Below, in pieces: positions 50,418-60,263 of a stretch of DNA of 64,000 nucleotides (position 1 is the first letter of the stretch; the number at the start of each line of letters is the position of its first letter). The position numbers and the translations under genes were made by a program. The notes beneath the pieces are model-generated. The model saw only the letters and a program-made list of their open reading frames with translations, searched no databases and was not told the DNA's origin. The stretch covers positions 174,180 to 238,179 of the forward strand of contig CAVOOZ010000004.1 in assembly GCA_963697735.1 (NCBI GenBank), given 5' to 3'. This DNA comes from an uncultured Actinomycetota bacterium (GTDB lineage Bacteria > Actinomycetota > Actinomycetes > Actinomycetales > Dermatophilaceae).

Positions 50418-50651
50418 CCCATGCATCCGCGCTCGGCCCGACGCCTGCCTCTGGCACCTCACACCCAATGCCACCGTTTGCACCGCCTCACTTCGCGGCG
50501 ACTATGCCTGGCGGCCAGAGCGTGACACCGCGCCTGACGGGCCGGTACGAGCTTCACAGACAGCCGACGATGGGCGTGGGGATGGAGGTCGAGTTGTGGC
50601 CGTCTGCGCCGTTCGAATGGGGCTTACAGCCGCATCATGTGAACCCAGCAC

Positions 50652-51539
50652 TCACGTGTCACCCCGTGCACGCGCGATCGCGGATGCGACGGTCTCCGGC
50701 TCAGCCCAGAATCGGTCCCCGGGCACCGTGGCGGGCCAGGGCCAATAGACGACAACCTCGTCGTAGCCTGCCCGGTCGGCGTGTTCCAGGGTGTCCAGGT
50801 ACGCCTGCTCGCTAGCCAGCGGCTGCATAGACCCGTAGCCCACCAGCAGCGACCGACGTAGCGTCGCGGGATCTCTCCCCACGCCCTCGCAGGCACGGGT
50901 CACAGCGTGCGACTGCTTCGTGACGAGCACCCAAAAATCGTGGTCCGGCAGGGATGCGGCACTGGCGCCGCCGTAGCTGCTCCACCCGTCCCCCAATCGG
51001 GCCACCAGCTCGTAGCCGCGAGGGCCGTGCGCGCTGATCATCAGGTGCGGCCGTCCCTGACCAGGCACGAGCGGAAGTGGATCCACTCCTTCCACCCGGA
51101 CGTGGCTCCCGGACCAGGACGAGGCACCGGACCACAAGGCCGTGACCGCTTCCACGGTCTCCGTGAAGATCTGGAAACGCTCCTCGCTCCCGCGGGCGCC
51201 CCCCGACACGACCTCCTCATCACCAGGCACCCCGGCACCGACACCCAGCACGAACCGGCCCCCACTGAGGTCCTGCAGAGTCGCCGCCACGCGGGCCAGC
51301 GGAGCAGGCGCACGGATCACGGTCGAGGCCACCAAGGTCCCCAGCTCCAAGCGGGTGGTCACCTGGGCGACCGCCGCGAGCGTCGCGTAGGCGTCGCTGA
51401 ACCAGCGCCCTTTCAGCGTGGGGTGCGTCAGGTGGTCTCCCAGATAGGCGACATCGAAACCAATCTGCTCAAGGTGCTGCCAGGTCGATCTCGCCGACGA
51501 CCACGGCTCGAGCCATGGACCGAACACTCCTAGCCTCAT
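50652..51539 (-). CDS. LLM-class flavin-dependent oxidoreductase
   Basis: GFDVAYLGDH, TTRLELGTLV, DLSGGRFVLGVGAG. Confidence 0.9.
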   Translation of the reverse strand: MRLGVFGPWLEPWSSARSTWQHLEQIGFDVAYLGDHLTHPTLKGRWFSDAYATLAAVAQVTTRLELGTLVASTVIRAPAPLARVAATLQDLSGGRFVLGVGAGVPGDEEVVSGGARGSEERFQIFTETVEAVTALWSGASSWSGSHVRVEGVDPLPLVPGQGRPHLMISAHGPRGYELVARLGDGWSSYGGASAASLPDHDFWVLVTKQSHAVTRACEGVGRDPATLRRSLLVGYGSMQPLASEQAYLDTLEHADRAGYDEVVVYWPWPATVPGDRFWAEPETVASAIARARGDT

Positions 51540-51860
51540 CGCTCGTCCCTCCCCAGGTGCGACGGCCCGCTCTGCACCATTCTCCCGGGTCCGAGGACCC
51601 GTCCGAGGGTGAATCATCGAGTCGCACGAACTCCCCCTGCGCGCACAACCGGCACACGGTCGCCGGGCGTTGTGGTGCCGACCCCAGAACCGCTCGCGAA
51701 CCATCTGCCCATCCCGCGATCTGCTCGCCCAAGCGTGGTAGCGACGGGTAGCCCCTTTCGCCGCGTGCCGGGCGCCACCTCCATGCGCCGTGTACCAGAT
51801 CTGCGATGTGCGAATGCTGACCCTGAACACCTCAGGCTTCGCTGCGAGGGTCGAGGACGG

Positions 51861-52829
51861 TCACCACCAGTAGTTGTCCTGAGGGACGTACGGCTCCTCC
51901 AGTGCAGTCATCTCGTCCTCCGAGAGATCGACCGTCAGAGCCTCCACCGCATCCGTTAAGTGCTTGGGCTTGGTGGCACCAACGATCGGACATGACACCA
52001 CCGGCTTCGCCAGCACCCAGGCAAGGGCGACCTGGGCCATCGGGACGCCACGCGCCTCAGCGATCCGGTGGACCGCGTCGACCACGGGCTTGTCTGCGTC
52101 GCGGTCGAAAGCCTTGGCAACCGCGTCGGTGGACGACCGGGCGGTCTGCTCGCCCCAGGGCCGCGTGGCGCGCCCCTTGGCCAACGGGGAGTACGGGGTC
52201 AGTCCCACGCCCTGGTCCAGACAGAGCGGGATCATGTCGCGCTCCTCCTCACGCTTGAGCACGTTGTACTGGTCCTGCATCGCCGAGAACGTCGTCCAGC
52301 CGCCCAGTTCGGCGACGTGCTGCATCTTCGCGAACTGCCAGGCCCACATCGACGACGCCCCCAAATAGCGCACCTTCCCCGCCCTCACCACGTCGTGCAG
52401 GGCCTCCATGGTCTCCTCGACCGGCACCTGCTCGTCGAACCGGTGGATGTAGTACACGTCCACGAAGTCCGTGGCCAACCGGCGCAGCGAAGCATCCAAC
52501 TGCTCCAAGATGGCCTTGCGCGACAGGCCGCCGCCGCCCGGGCCGTCATGCATCTTCCCGTGCACCTTTGTGGCGAGCACGATGTCCTCGCGTCGGGAGT
52601 ACCTGCGGACCGCGCGACCGACGAACTCCTCGGAGGTGCCGCCCTGGTAGACGTTGGCGGTATCCCAGAAGGTGACGCCCAGCTCGACGGCCTGCCGGAA
52701 GAAAGGTGCCGCGGCATCCTCGTCCAGAGTCCACTGGTGCATCCCGGACGCGGCCAGTCCGTAACTCATGCAACCCAGACCGACACGGCTGACCTTCAGG
52801 CCCGTACGACCCAGGCGTGCGTACTCCAC
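51861..52829 (-). CDS. Aldo/keto reductase
   Basis: GLGCMSYG, DTANVY, LATKV, YYIHRFD, YSPLAKG. Confidence 0.95.
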   Translation of the reverse strand: MEYARLGRTGLKVSRVGLGCMSYGLAASGMHQWTLDEDAAAPFFRQAVELGVTFWDTANVYQGGTSEEFVGRAVRRYSRREDIVLATKVHGKMHDGPGGGGLSRKAILEQLDASLRRLATDFVDVYYIHRFDEQVPVEETMEALHDVVRAGKVRYLGASSMWAWQFAKMQHVAELGGWTTFSAMQDQYNVLKREEERDMIPLCLDQGVGLTPYSPLAKGRATRPWGEQTARSSTDAVAKAFDRDADKPVVDAVHRIAEARGVPMAQVALAWVLAKPVVSCPIVGATKPKHLTDAVEALTVDLSEDEMTALEEPYVPQDNYWW

Positions 52830-53039
52830 CTCTTCAGCCTCCCACGCGCCGTGAACCGTCGCACGCCGTTCGGGCGCGGGTAACGGATGGCCCGCTCAGG
52901 CCGCGAGTCGCGAGGCTCGAACCCGCGTCACACCGCCGCCTGTCGAGCAGCTTGACGGCGGCATGTGCGCGCAGGTTCACGTTAGAGCGCGGGCTGGGAC
53001 GTCGCGTGCCAGGAGGACGCGCCACGCCACCGACCATCG

Positions 53040-53540
53040 TGCCGGTCGTCTCGACGTCCCAGCAGGAGCGCACGCGCAGGCGTCGCGGCCGTGGTGAGCA
53101 TCGCGGCGACCTTCTGGCCGCGGAACCGGGCTCGGATCGGCTCAGGTGCGGCGATGACCAGGCTGAAGACCTGCAGCTGAGCCTCGGTGGAGGCATTGAT
53201 CGCGGAGCGGCGAGCAGCCAGACAGCACTGACAGCGCTTGGCGTTCGGCGCCGCTGCGGGAGTCACGAGCTGGGGTCGAGCCAGAGGTACACGCGCGGCT
53301 CGGATCGCATCGAGCGGATCTGACTTCGCGCCGTTGCGGCGGGCAGCCGCTTCGGGCGATCCACCTCGATGACGATCTCGCAGGCCGCGCAGCAGGTGGC
53401 GACTCAGACCGGCGCCGTGGCCGCCGGAGCCTCGATCGCCCAGGCCCGCAACGTCGCGTGGTTGTGGCGAACTCCACCAGCTCGGCATAGCCCTCGGCTG
53501 TCGCCTCGAGCGTGATCTCGTCGAAGACACCACCGGTCGC
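53040..53540 (-). pseudogene. Decayed internal fragment of a second, related IS110 transposase
   Basis: Long nucleotide matches to about 40245-40742 (RRNGAKSDPLDAIRAAR, SAINASTEAQLQVFSLVIAAPE) with many indels. Confidence 0.9.
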
Positions 53541-53544
53541 GGTG

Positions 53545-53630
53545 GCGCAGCGCCTGCCAAGCCAGATAGGCGAGGTAGCCGACGCCGGCCGCCTTGAAAC
53601 CGATAAACAACCAAGGCACGGCGAAAGACG
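53545..53630 (-). pseudogene. LysE/RhtB translocator fragment
   Basis: VPWLFIGFKAAGVGYLAYLAWQALR directly abuts the IS110 fragment. Confidence 0.7.
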
Positions 53631-53688
53631 CCAGTCGACCACCATGGACGTCGCCATGTCTGACGAACGGACGCACGTCTCCTGCGGG

Positions 53689-54102
53689 TCAGGTCTCAGC
53701 CCCGGCGGGGGCAATTAGGGCGTCGCGAACCACGGGGAAGAGGTCCCCCCAGCATTGGACGATCCTGCCGTCGGCGAATCGGTACATGACCAACTCTTGG
53801 GTCCTGATCCTTCGGCCGGTGGGGGCGATGCCGCCGAAGGGTCCGGTGTGGGTCCCCTGACCGATCAACCGTGCCGCGATCGTGTCCTGCTCGACGACCA
53901 GTGCTTGCAGGTCCCAGCGGTAGTCAGGGAAGGCCGTGTGCACCGTCTTGAGCCTGTCGATGTAGCCGGCCAGTCCGTCGGCGGTCCCGGACCCGGTCAC
54001 CTGCTCGGAGACGAACTCGCCCAGCTGGTCGAAACGGTGCTCGTTGCAGCAGGCGAGGTACCGCTCGTAGAAGGCGGCTACCTCAGCGCGCTCGAGTCGC
54101 AT
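53689..54102 (-). CDS. SnoaL-like ester cyclase
   Basis: AFPDYRW, GTHTGPFGGIAPTGRR, YRFADGRIVQCW. Confidence 0.88.
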   Translation of the reverse strand: MRLERAEVAAFYERYLACCNEHRFDQLGEFVSEQVTGSGTADGLAGYIDRLKTVHTAFPDYRWDLQALVVEQDTIAARLIGQGTHTGPFGGIAPTGRRIRTQELVMYRFADGRIVQCWGDLFPVVRDALIAPAGAET

Positions 54103-54343
54103 GGGCCATGGTGACACCTCACAGCGCTGGTCCACCACGCCGGCGGCTTCCGATCAAGAGGGTGACGATCGCGGTCAACGCCCGATCCGGACAGACGCAA
54201 AAGCGTGTCTATCCGCTGCGTGCCGGGCGTGCGGCTCCCCACATGCCGAGATGAGTGCATTCCTCAGTACGACTGAATAGCCTGTGCGCACCCCCGTGCC
54301 GCCCAAACACCGGCGTCGGGTGCCACGTATCGATGGAGGCCCG

Positions 54344-54781
54344 ATGAGCGACGAAGAGATACTGCGACGCCCGATTGGCTGGTGGCTCAAGGAAGCCGAC
54401 GCACGCATCGATGCGGCGTTCGACCAGGTCCTGGCCGGCCAGCAGGTCGGCCGACGCGACTGGCAGGTGATGTCTACTCTGGCGCGTTCACCGGCTCGGA
54501 GAACCGACATCGTTGGCAGCCTCGACGCGTTCGACGAACCGGCCGAAGTTGAGTCCGTGATCGATGGTTTGCGTGCTCGCGGCTGGGTTGAGGAGTCAGG
54601 CGGCGCCGTACGTCTCACCCTGGCTGGCTTGGATATGCACGAGGCCGTCGCGCCATTGGTGGATCAGGTGCGCAAGCGGGTCGCGGGAGCCCTGCCTGAG
54701 GACCAATACGCGGCGCTGGTTCGTCTCCTTGCCCGCTTGGTCGGTGCCCTGCCTGAGCCATCCTCTGAGTCGGGCTCCTAA
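54344..54781 (+). CDS. MarR-like winged-helix protein
   Basis: RPIGWWLK, RRDWQVM, LRARGWVEE...LTLAG; GGAGG RBS. Confidence 0.82.
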   Translation: MSDEEILRRPIGWWLKEADARIDAAFDQVLAGQQVGRRDWQVMSTLARSPARRTDIVGSLDAFDEPAEVESVIDGLRARGWVEESGGAVRLTLAGLDMHEAVAPLVDQVRKRVAGALPEDQYAALVRLLARLVGALPEPSSESGS

Positions 54782-54873
54782 GGTCCGCTCCTACCGCGAC
54801 CCGTGAGTCGTGGAGGTGCGTCTATCCGTCGCCAAGGTCATACTCGCCCGCCACGCCGGGATCGCGGTACCCG

Positions 54874-56160
54874 TCAGGACGCCGGCACGAGTGCGGAGAC
54901 GAGGTCCGCGGCCCGTCGGGCCGAGTCGAGACCGTGCATCTCGTGGGCAAACTCCCTCGCTCGGGTGCGCCATTGCGGCTCGGTAACTAGCCGGTCGACC
55001 GCGGCGCGGAGTGCCGCCGGAGTGGGGCGCTCAGTGCGCAGGTTGACGCCGACACGGTGGTATTGCACGTGGGCGTTGACGTCGTTCTTGCCCTCGCGGG
55101 TCCCGGCGCAAACCATGGGCACACCGTGGGCGAGGCTGAGCATCACACCGCCGAACCCGCCATTCGTGACGTATACGTCGGCGACTCCCAGGACGTGGTC
55201 GAAGTCCATGCGGTCCTCGATAACGACGTTCGCGTCGGGGTAGCGCATGCGCAGAGCCTCGGTGCCGGATCCTCCGGTCGCGACGAGCAGGAGGGTGTCG
55301 GTGTCCCGCAGGGCCTCGATCGTCGGCGTGATGAGCTTGTCGAGGTCCTGGTTGTCCACGGTCCCTTGGGTCACCAAGACGGTCCGTGCGTATCTCGGCG
55401 CGTTGGTCGCGAGCTCGGCCGCGCCACGCGTGGACGGCCCATTCGGCACGAGCGCCCCTACGTAGTGGACGCGGGGGTTGGTGCGCGAGCGCGGATAGTC
55501 GAAGCTCTCGGTGCCGGTCTGGAGGACGACGGAAGAGACGTTGTAGGGCTCGTCGTTGATGAAGGCGCCTTCGGGCAGGGTCACCCCGTACTCCGCGATG
55601 ATGCGGGCGTAGGCACGGTGCGCCTTGCCCATGACGAGCTGGTCGCTGATGAATCGGACCGCTCGGTCTCGGAGTCGTGCGCGCCATGACGTGGCGGGCA
55701 TGAAACCGAAGAAGAGCGGAGGCACCATCGGGTCTCGCTCCATGTTCGAGATCGAGATCACCGAGACGACCGGGACGTGAAGGAGCTCGGTGACCAGGCG
55801 CTGGACGTAGACCGCCCCGTCGAGAACCAGCACATCGAAGGCGTAGGAGGCGCGGATCCCCTTGATGTCCTCGAAGAAGTTCCCCACGTTGCTGGCGAAG
55901 ATCTTCTCGCCGTCGAAGGCGACCAGCTGCGGGCCCTTGAGGCGGCGGCGCTTGGGGAAGATGTCATTGATGTTGTCCGGGGTGATCTCGCTGGCACGCA
56001 GGAAGGGATGGTGGGTGATGCCGAGTGCCGCGAGCCGTGGCGCCAGGTGCGCGCCGGTGTACCACTCGACGTCGTGCCCGTCGCTCTGCAGTTGCTTGGC
56101 GATGCCAGTCAAGGGGTTGAAGTGGCCGTCGATGGCCAAGCTCGCTATCAGGACGCGCAT
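54874..56160 (-). CDS. GT1 family UDP-glycosyltransferase (MGT-like)
   Basis: DGHFNPL, VTQGTVDN, VTNGGFGGV...HGVPMVCAG..EGK. Confidence 0.92.
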   Translation of the reverse strand: MRVLIASLAIDGHFNPLTGIAKQLQSDGHDVEWYTGAHLAPRLAALGITHHPFLRASEITPDNINDIFPKRRRLKGPQLVAFDGEKIFASNVGNFFEDIKGIRASYAFDVLVLDGAVYVQRLVTELLHVPVVSVISISNMERDPMVPPLFFGFMPATSWRARLRDRAVRFISDQLVMGKAHRAYARIIAEYGVTLPEGAFINDEPYNVSSVVLQTGTESFDYPRSRTNPRVHYVGALVPNGPSTRGAAELATNAPRYARTVLVTQGTVDNQDLDKLITPTIEALRDTDTLLLVATGGSGTEALRMRYPDANVVIEDRMDFDHVLGVADVYVTNGGFGGVMLSLAHGVPMVCAGTREGKNDVNAHVQYHRVGVNLRTERPTPAALRAAVDRLVTEPQWRTRAREFAHEMHGLDSARRAADLVSALVPAS

Positions 56161-56188
56161 GGTGCGGCCTTCTCTCGCTCAGGGTTTC

Positions 56189-56220
56189 ACTTTAGTATGC
56201 CACTAGTGGCGGTCTAAAGT
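56189..56220. promoter_or_regulatory. 32-bp palindromic operator between divergent GT1 and TetR genes
   Basis: ACTTTAG-tat-GCCACTAGTGGC-ggt-CTAAAGT; followed by TAAGGT -10 7 nt before the tetR ATG. Confidence 0.78.
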
Positions 56221-56232
56221 AAGGTCGTCTGG

Positions 56233-56883
56233 ATGAGCCCGCCCCTCAACGCCCCTGGCCAGCCTCCTGCCAAGCTCTCGAGGAAGGAGCGGGCCCGGGC
56301 GACCCGCCAGCGCATCCTGCACATGGCGAGGGCCGAGTTTCTGGAGCAGGGCTACCTGGCGACCCGCATGACGGCCATCGCCGAGCGGGCCGGGGTGTCC
56401 GTCCAGATGGTCTATCTCTCTTTCGGCAGCAAGCCGAAGCTGCTCGGGGCGATCCTCGAGTCTGCGGTATTCGGCGACGAGGGCCTTCCGCCCCCCGACA
56501 CCGACTGGTGGGCACGGGTGACCGAGGCCCCGACTGCCGCCGAGATGATTCGTCGCCTGGTGATCGCGAGCGGGCCGGTGTTCAAGGCGGCCAGCCCGGT
56601 ATGGCTCGTGGCCCAGGTCGGCGCCACGGTCGACGAGGACCTGGCGGCGTCGACCGTCGAGGGGGACCGCTATCGGGCCCGCGACTACCGCCGCATCGTC
56701 GAGCTTGCCGCCACGCGAGGGCCGCTGAAGGCCGGACTCGACCTCGACACCGCGACTGACATCCTCGTGGCCATGCTCTCCCCGGCCTTCTACATGGAGC
56801 TCGTCAAGGGTCGTGACTGGGGCGACGAGCGGGCCATCGAATGGTTGGCTGACGCACTGCCCGCCCTTGTCTGCGGCGAGTAG
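56233..56883 (+). CDS. TetR/AcrR family regulator
   Basis: GYLATRMTAIAERAGVSVQMVYLSFGSK. Confidence 0.93.
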   Translation: MSPPLNAPGQPPAKLSRKERARATRQRILHMARAEFLEQGYLATRMTAIAERAGVSVQMVYLSFGSKPKLLGAILESAVFGDEGLPPPDTDWWARVTEAPTAAEMIRRLVIASGPVFKAASPVWLVAQVGATVDEDLAASTVEGDRYRARDYRRIVELAATRGPLKAGLDLDTATDILVAMLSPAFYMELVKGRDWGDERAIEWLADALPALVCGE

Positions 56884-57551
56884 GCCTGCTTGATCCAGTC
56901 GGCGCTAACAAGTGCCGAGACGCGTACTCGCGGCCGGCGTACAGCCGGACAGTCGCGAACCGCTCGCCTGGCCTGGCGACCATCCGTACGGGCAGGTGCT
57001 GGCCCGTGCCGCTCCTGCACGATGCCTGGACGTCGCCGCTGCCCGCCTCCATGGCGATCCATGCACAAACGCTCGTCGGCGCATAGCCACGCCATAGACT
57101 GGACATCGCGATCGTTCGTGGCATCCCTGAGTCCCCGCAGCATCCTCGTCAGGTCAGAACGATCGATCGGCTGGACGCGGGACGACGTTCATCGCATAAC
57201 GTCCGGAGCTGCCGCATCCGCTGTTTGGCGAGGTCCGAACAGATGAGTGACATCCCGCAAGTCGGCCGCGCGTCGAACGAGGGTCGCGAAGGTGAGTCAT
57301 TCCGCCGCGTTGGCCGTGGCGCCAACTTGGTTGCCGTGGCGCATATTTGCGCGATCAGCTGAATCCACCTCACCCCATTTTCAGCAGCATGCGTAGCTCT
57401 GGACTTGGCGCGCAGAAATTGACGGACCGTGGTACTCGCTGAGGTCAAGATCGAACAGACAGCGCCGACCGGCACAGGCCGCGACAACCATCCGGGTCAT
57501 CGCTGGCGTCTAAGTGATGCCGATGTACCTAGGCCTGAGAAAGGGGATGCC

Positions 57552-58598
57552 ATGTTCCGTACCAAGTGGGTGGTCGCCGTCTTATCGCTTCCGGCTCTGC
57601 TCCTTCCGCTCTGGACGGCGGGCCCGGCGGCCGCCAACGAGCCGACCCATTTCTTCATCCGGTCGATCGGCTTTGTGTGCAGTGACGTCCGGACGCCCGC
57701 CGGGGTCGTCCAGATCAGCGCGGAACACGCCTCCGAGTTCGAGACACCTGACGTCTCGATCAACTACTGGGTCCCGCCGGAGATCCCGGATAACGCGCCG
57801 GACTCCACCTACCGCTCCTCGTCGCTGATCACCGACCAGCGGGTGACGCTGACCGGGTACCGGTTCGAAGGCTCGGTCCTCATGGAGGACCGCGATTTCA
57901 GCCCGGTCGGCACGGCCACGTTCGTGGTGGACCTGATCGGGACCGGCGACGGCGAGGACGTTGGCGGAAGGTCGAAGTTCGGCAACCGGAACATCCGCGA
58001 CAAGAGCACGGAGCAGTTCTTCAAGGTCGCCGGCTCCGTGACGCTGCCGGACGGCGCCGTCTTCGACCTCACCGACTGCACCGGACCTGACGGGGCGCCG
58101 CCCGACCGGGCCGGGCACGACCACACCACCGATGTGCGCACCACGGACCCGAGCCAGTTCGTCCTCAGCAGGAGCGGCATCCTCGTCCTGTGCGACATCG
58201 CGACCGAGACGTATGCGGTGAGCTTCGGGGCGTCGGCCGAGTCCACCGGTACGAGCGGTGAGGTGCGGTTCCTGAGCGACGCCGTGAGCCTCGGCGGAGA
58301 AACGGGCAGCGGCCTGGTGCTGACCAACGAGACCCTGAGGGGCAGGATCGCGGTGGAGGATGTCGAGACCGGCGAGCCGCTCGGTAACGCTGTCGTCGAC
58401 GTCACCTTCACGCGCGGCAAGCACGTCGAGATCCGCACCCTAGAGGGACCCATCCGGGTCACGAGGGTCGGCTTCCTGCTCAGCCCGACCGGGAGGATCA
58501 CATTCCCGACCAACCCCGCGACGGTCGTCGACATGTCCTCGTGCTTCGCCTTCGACGGCAGGGAGCAACAGAAGGAGCACCGCCCGGACGAAGCGTGA
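57552..58598 (+). CDS. Secreted hypothetical beta-rich protein
   Basis: AAAGGGG RBS; signal peptide ending GPAAA; two similar halves, each with a Cys pair. Confidence 0.8.
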   Translation: MFRTKWVVAVLSLPALLLPLWTAGPAAANEPTHFFIRSIGFVCSDVRTPAGVVQISAEHASEFETPDVSINYWVPPEIPDNAPDSTYRSSSLITDQRVTLTGYRFEGSVLMEDRDFSPVGTATFVVDLIGTGDGEDVGGRSKFGNRNIRDKSTEQFFKVAGSVTLPDGAVFDLTDCTGPDGAPPDRAGHDHTTDVRTTDPSQFVLSRSGILVLCDIATETYAVSFGASAESTGTSGEVRFLSDAVSLGGETGSGLVLTNETLRGRIAVEDVETGEPLGNAVVDVTFTRGKHVEIRTLEGPIRVTRVGFLLSPTGRITFPTNPATVVDMSSCFAFDGREQQKEHRPDEA

Positions 58599-58800
58599 TC
58601 CGGACCCGAGCGACGAGGATTGCAGCGCAACAGCGAAGCCCCCGGAGCGATGCTCCAGCAAGAAGCCGCCACTGCGGCCCGGACGGATTGTGCCCCCGCA
58701 TCGCGTCCGTCAGCCCCGTCAAACACTCCCCACAGCCAGCAGCGGCGGGTCAGCCGTTGCTCCGCGTCATGGCTCGACATTCGGGCGAGATCTCCGCGTG

Positions 58801-59068
58801 ATGGGCGGATACAGGCTCAGGCTGCCACCATCACGAACTGGCTGCTCGAGGGTGACCCCGGCCATCCGCTGGCGCGTGATGCGTGACCTCGTGGGTGTCG
58901 CTGATGAACAGTGGAGATGCGAGCGCGTCGCCACGATGGGTGGGGGCTCGGCTGCTGGCATCCCAGGCTGACGACCGTGGTTGAGGTGGCGGCGTCTACT
59001 CCCCGAAGTGGACCTCAACCACGTACACCCTGCTGCACCTGATGTGGTTGGGCCTGGAACCGGGTTGA
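58801..59068 (+). pseudogene. N-terminal remnant of a squalene-cyclase/prenyltransferase-repeat-like protein
   Basis: WLLEGDP / AIRWRVMRDL / YSPKWTSTTYTLL fragments interrupted by shifts and stops. Confidence 0.65.
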
Positions 59069-59139
59069 ACCGCCCCGGGTCCAGTCCGGTGGCTGGTGGA
59101 CGATCGACTCGTAGACGACCGAGCCGCTCAGCGTTCCAG

Positions 59140-59445
59140 TCAGCGACAGACCCGGACGCGCCGACGCACCGAGCGCCGATGTGCCGGGTTGGGGGTGGCG
59201 TGCAGGTGCCCGAGGCGGGTCAGTTGGTCGACCTGTCGTTGCACATTCTGGCGCGCCAACGACAGCCGCGCCGCGACGTGTGGCACGGTCAGTGGCGCCT
59301 CGGCACAGAGGACCTCCATGACCGCCCGGGATCCCACCGTCCAACCCAGCGCGCGCACTTCCCCCTCGACCACCCGGGCGGAGTTCAGCACGATGGGACG
59401 CACGAGTTGAAGCAGTGCGTAGATGTCTGAGCCGCGCCGTGACAT
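59140..59445 (-). CDS. MarR family regulator, C-terminus probably disrupted
   Basis: LTVPHVAARLSLARQNVQRQVDQL...PNPAHRRS. Confidence 0.8.
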   Translation of the reverse strand: MSRRGSDIYALLQLVRPIVLNSARVVEGEVRALGWTVGSRAVMEVLCAEAPLTVPHVAARLSLARQNVQRQVDQLTRLGHLHATPNPAHRRSVRRRVRVCR

Positions 59446-59462
59446 GACATCAATGATGTCAT
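59444..59462. promoter_or_regulatory. Perfect palindrome ATGACATCA-A-TGATGTCAT at the MarR start codon
   Basis: 9-bp arms with 1-bp spacer; AT-rich in a GC-rich background. Confidence 0.72.
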
Positions 59463-59874
59463 ATTCAGGCCGGCAACGGATGCCGTTGGGCTCGTCGCCG
59501 TGTTCGAGCGCGCGGACCTTTCGGCTCCCGCCGTGCTGAGACCGTTTCGCTCAGCGTCTCGGGCACCACGCCGCGCACTACATCGAGATGACCGAACACC
59601 GGCAGGGTCGTCAGGTTTCACGGCGTCCTCAGTTACCACTATGAGCGGGTTGACTACCTGCGTCACACTGCCGCGTGCCGGGCGTGCGGCTCTAGCCCAC
59701 ATGCCGAAAGTAGGGCGTTGCATCACGCGGCGACTGCCCGGTTGCGGGGACGTCCGCTGCCCCGGCTTTGCTCATGGGCCACGTCGCCGCGTCGGCCCTT
59801 GGATGGCAGGCCTCGAGGATGCTCGCGCAGAAACTGGACACGATCTGCTCGGAAACGCTCCTATAGTGCCGGTC

Positions 59875-60234
59875 ATGGCTATCGCGCGTTTCCCGGTCGT
59901 CGTCCTCGACTGCCCGGACCCCAAGACCCTGGCCGAGTTCTACGGCGCTGTACTCGACTGGACGGTGGAGCAGCGTAGCGAGGACTGGTGGTCCGTCCGC
60001 GCCGAGTACGGCGACTCGTTGGGCTTTCAGAAGGTCGAGGGCTTCACGCCACCGCAGTGGCCCGGCCAAGACGTGCCGCAGCAGATGCACCTCGACGTCG
60101 TGGTCGACGACCTCGACGTCGCGGAGGCAGCGGTGCTAGAGCTCGGCGCGTCCAAGCATGAACATCAGCCCGGTACGACGTTCCGGGTGTTCCTCGATCC
60201 AGCCGGTCACCCGTTCTGCCTCTGCGCCGACTGA
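59875..60234 (+). CDS. VOC/glyoxalase family protein
   Basis: VVLDCPDP..LAEFY, QQMHLDV, VFLDPAGHPFCL; TATAGT -10 7 nt before ATG. Confidence 0.92.
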   Translation: MAIARFPVVVLDCPDPKTLAEFYGAVLDWTVEQRSEDWWSVRAEYGDSLGFQKVEGFTPPQWPGQDVPQQMHLDVVVDDLDVAEAAVLELGASKHEHQPGTTFRVFLDPAGHPFCLCAD

Positions 60235-60263
60235 CGCACCGATCCGGGCCAAGCTGCGGCCTC

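Noticed and set aside
13397-56220. Resemblance between the P450 operator and the GT1 operator (CTTTAG, GCCACT)
   Set aside because: Spacing and symmetry differ, and each has its own nearby TetR; likely coincidental
30434-57210. CGCATAACG at 30438 and 57193 as dif/pdif-like XerC arms
   Set aside because: No XerD-like TTATG arm follows either copy; a 9-mer match is within chance
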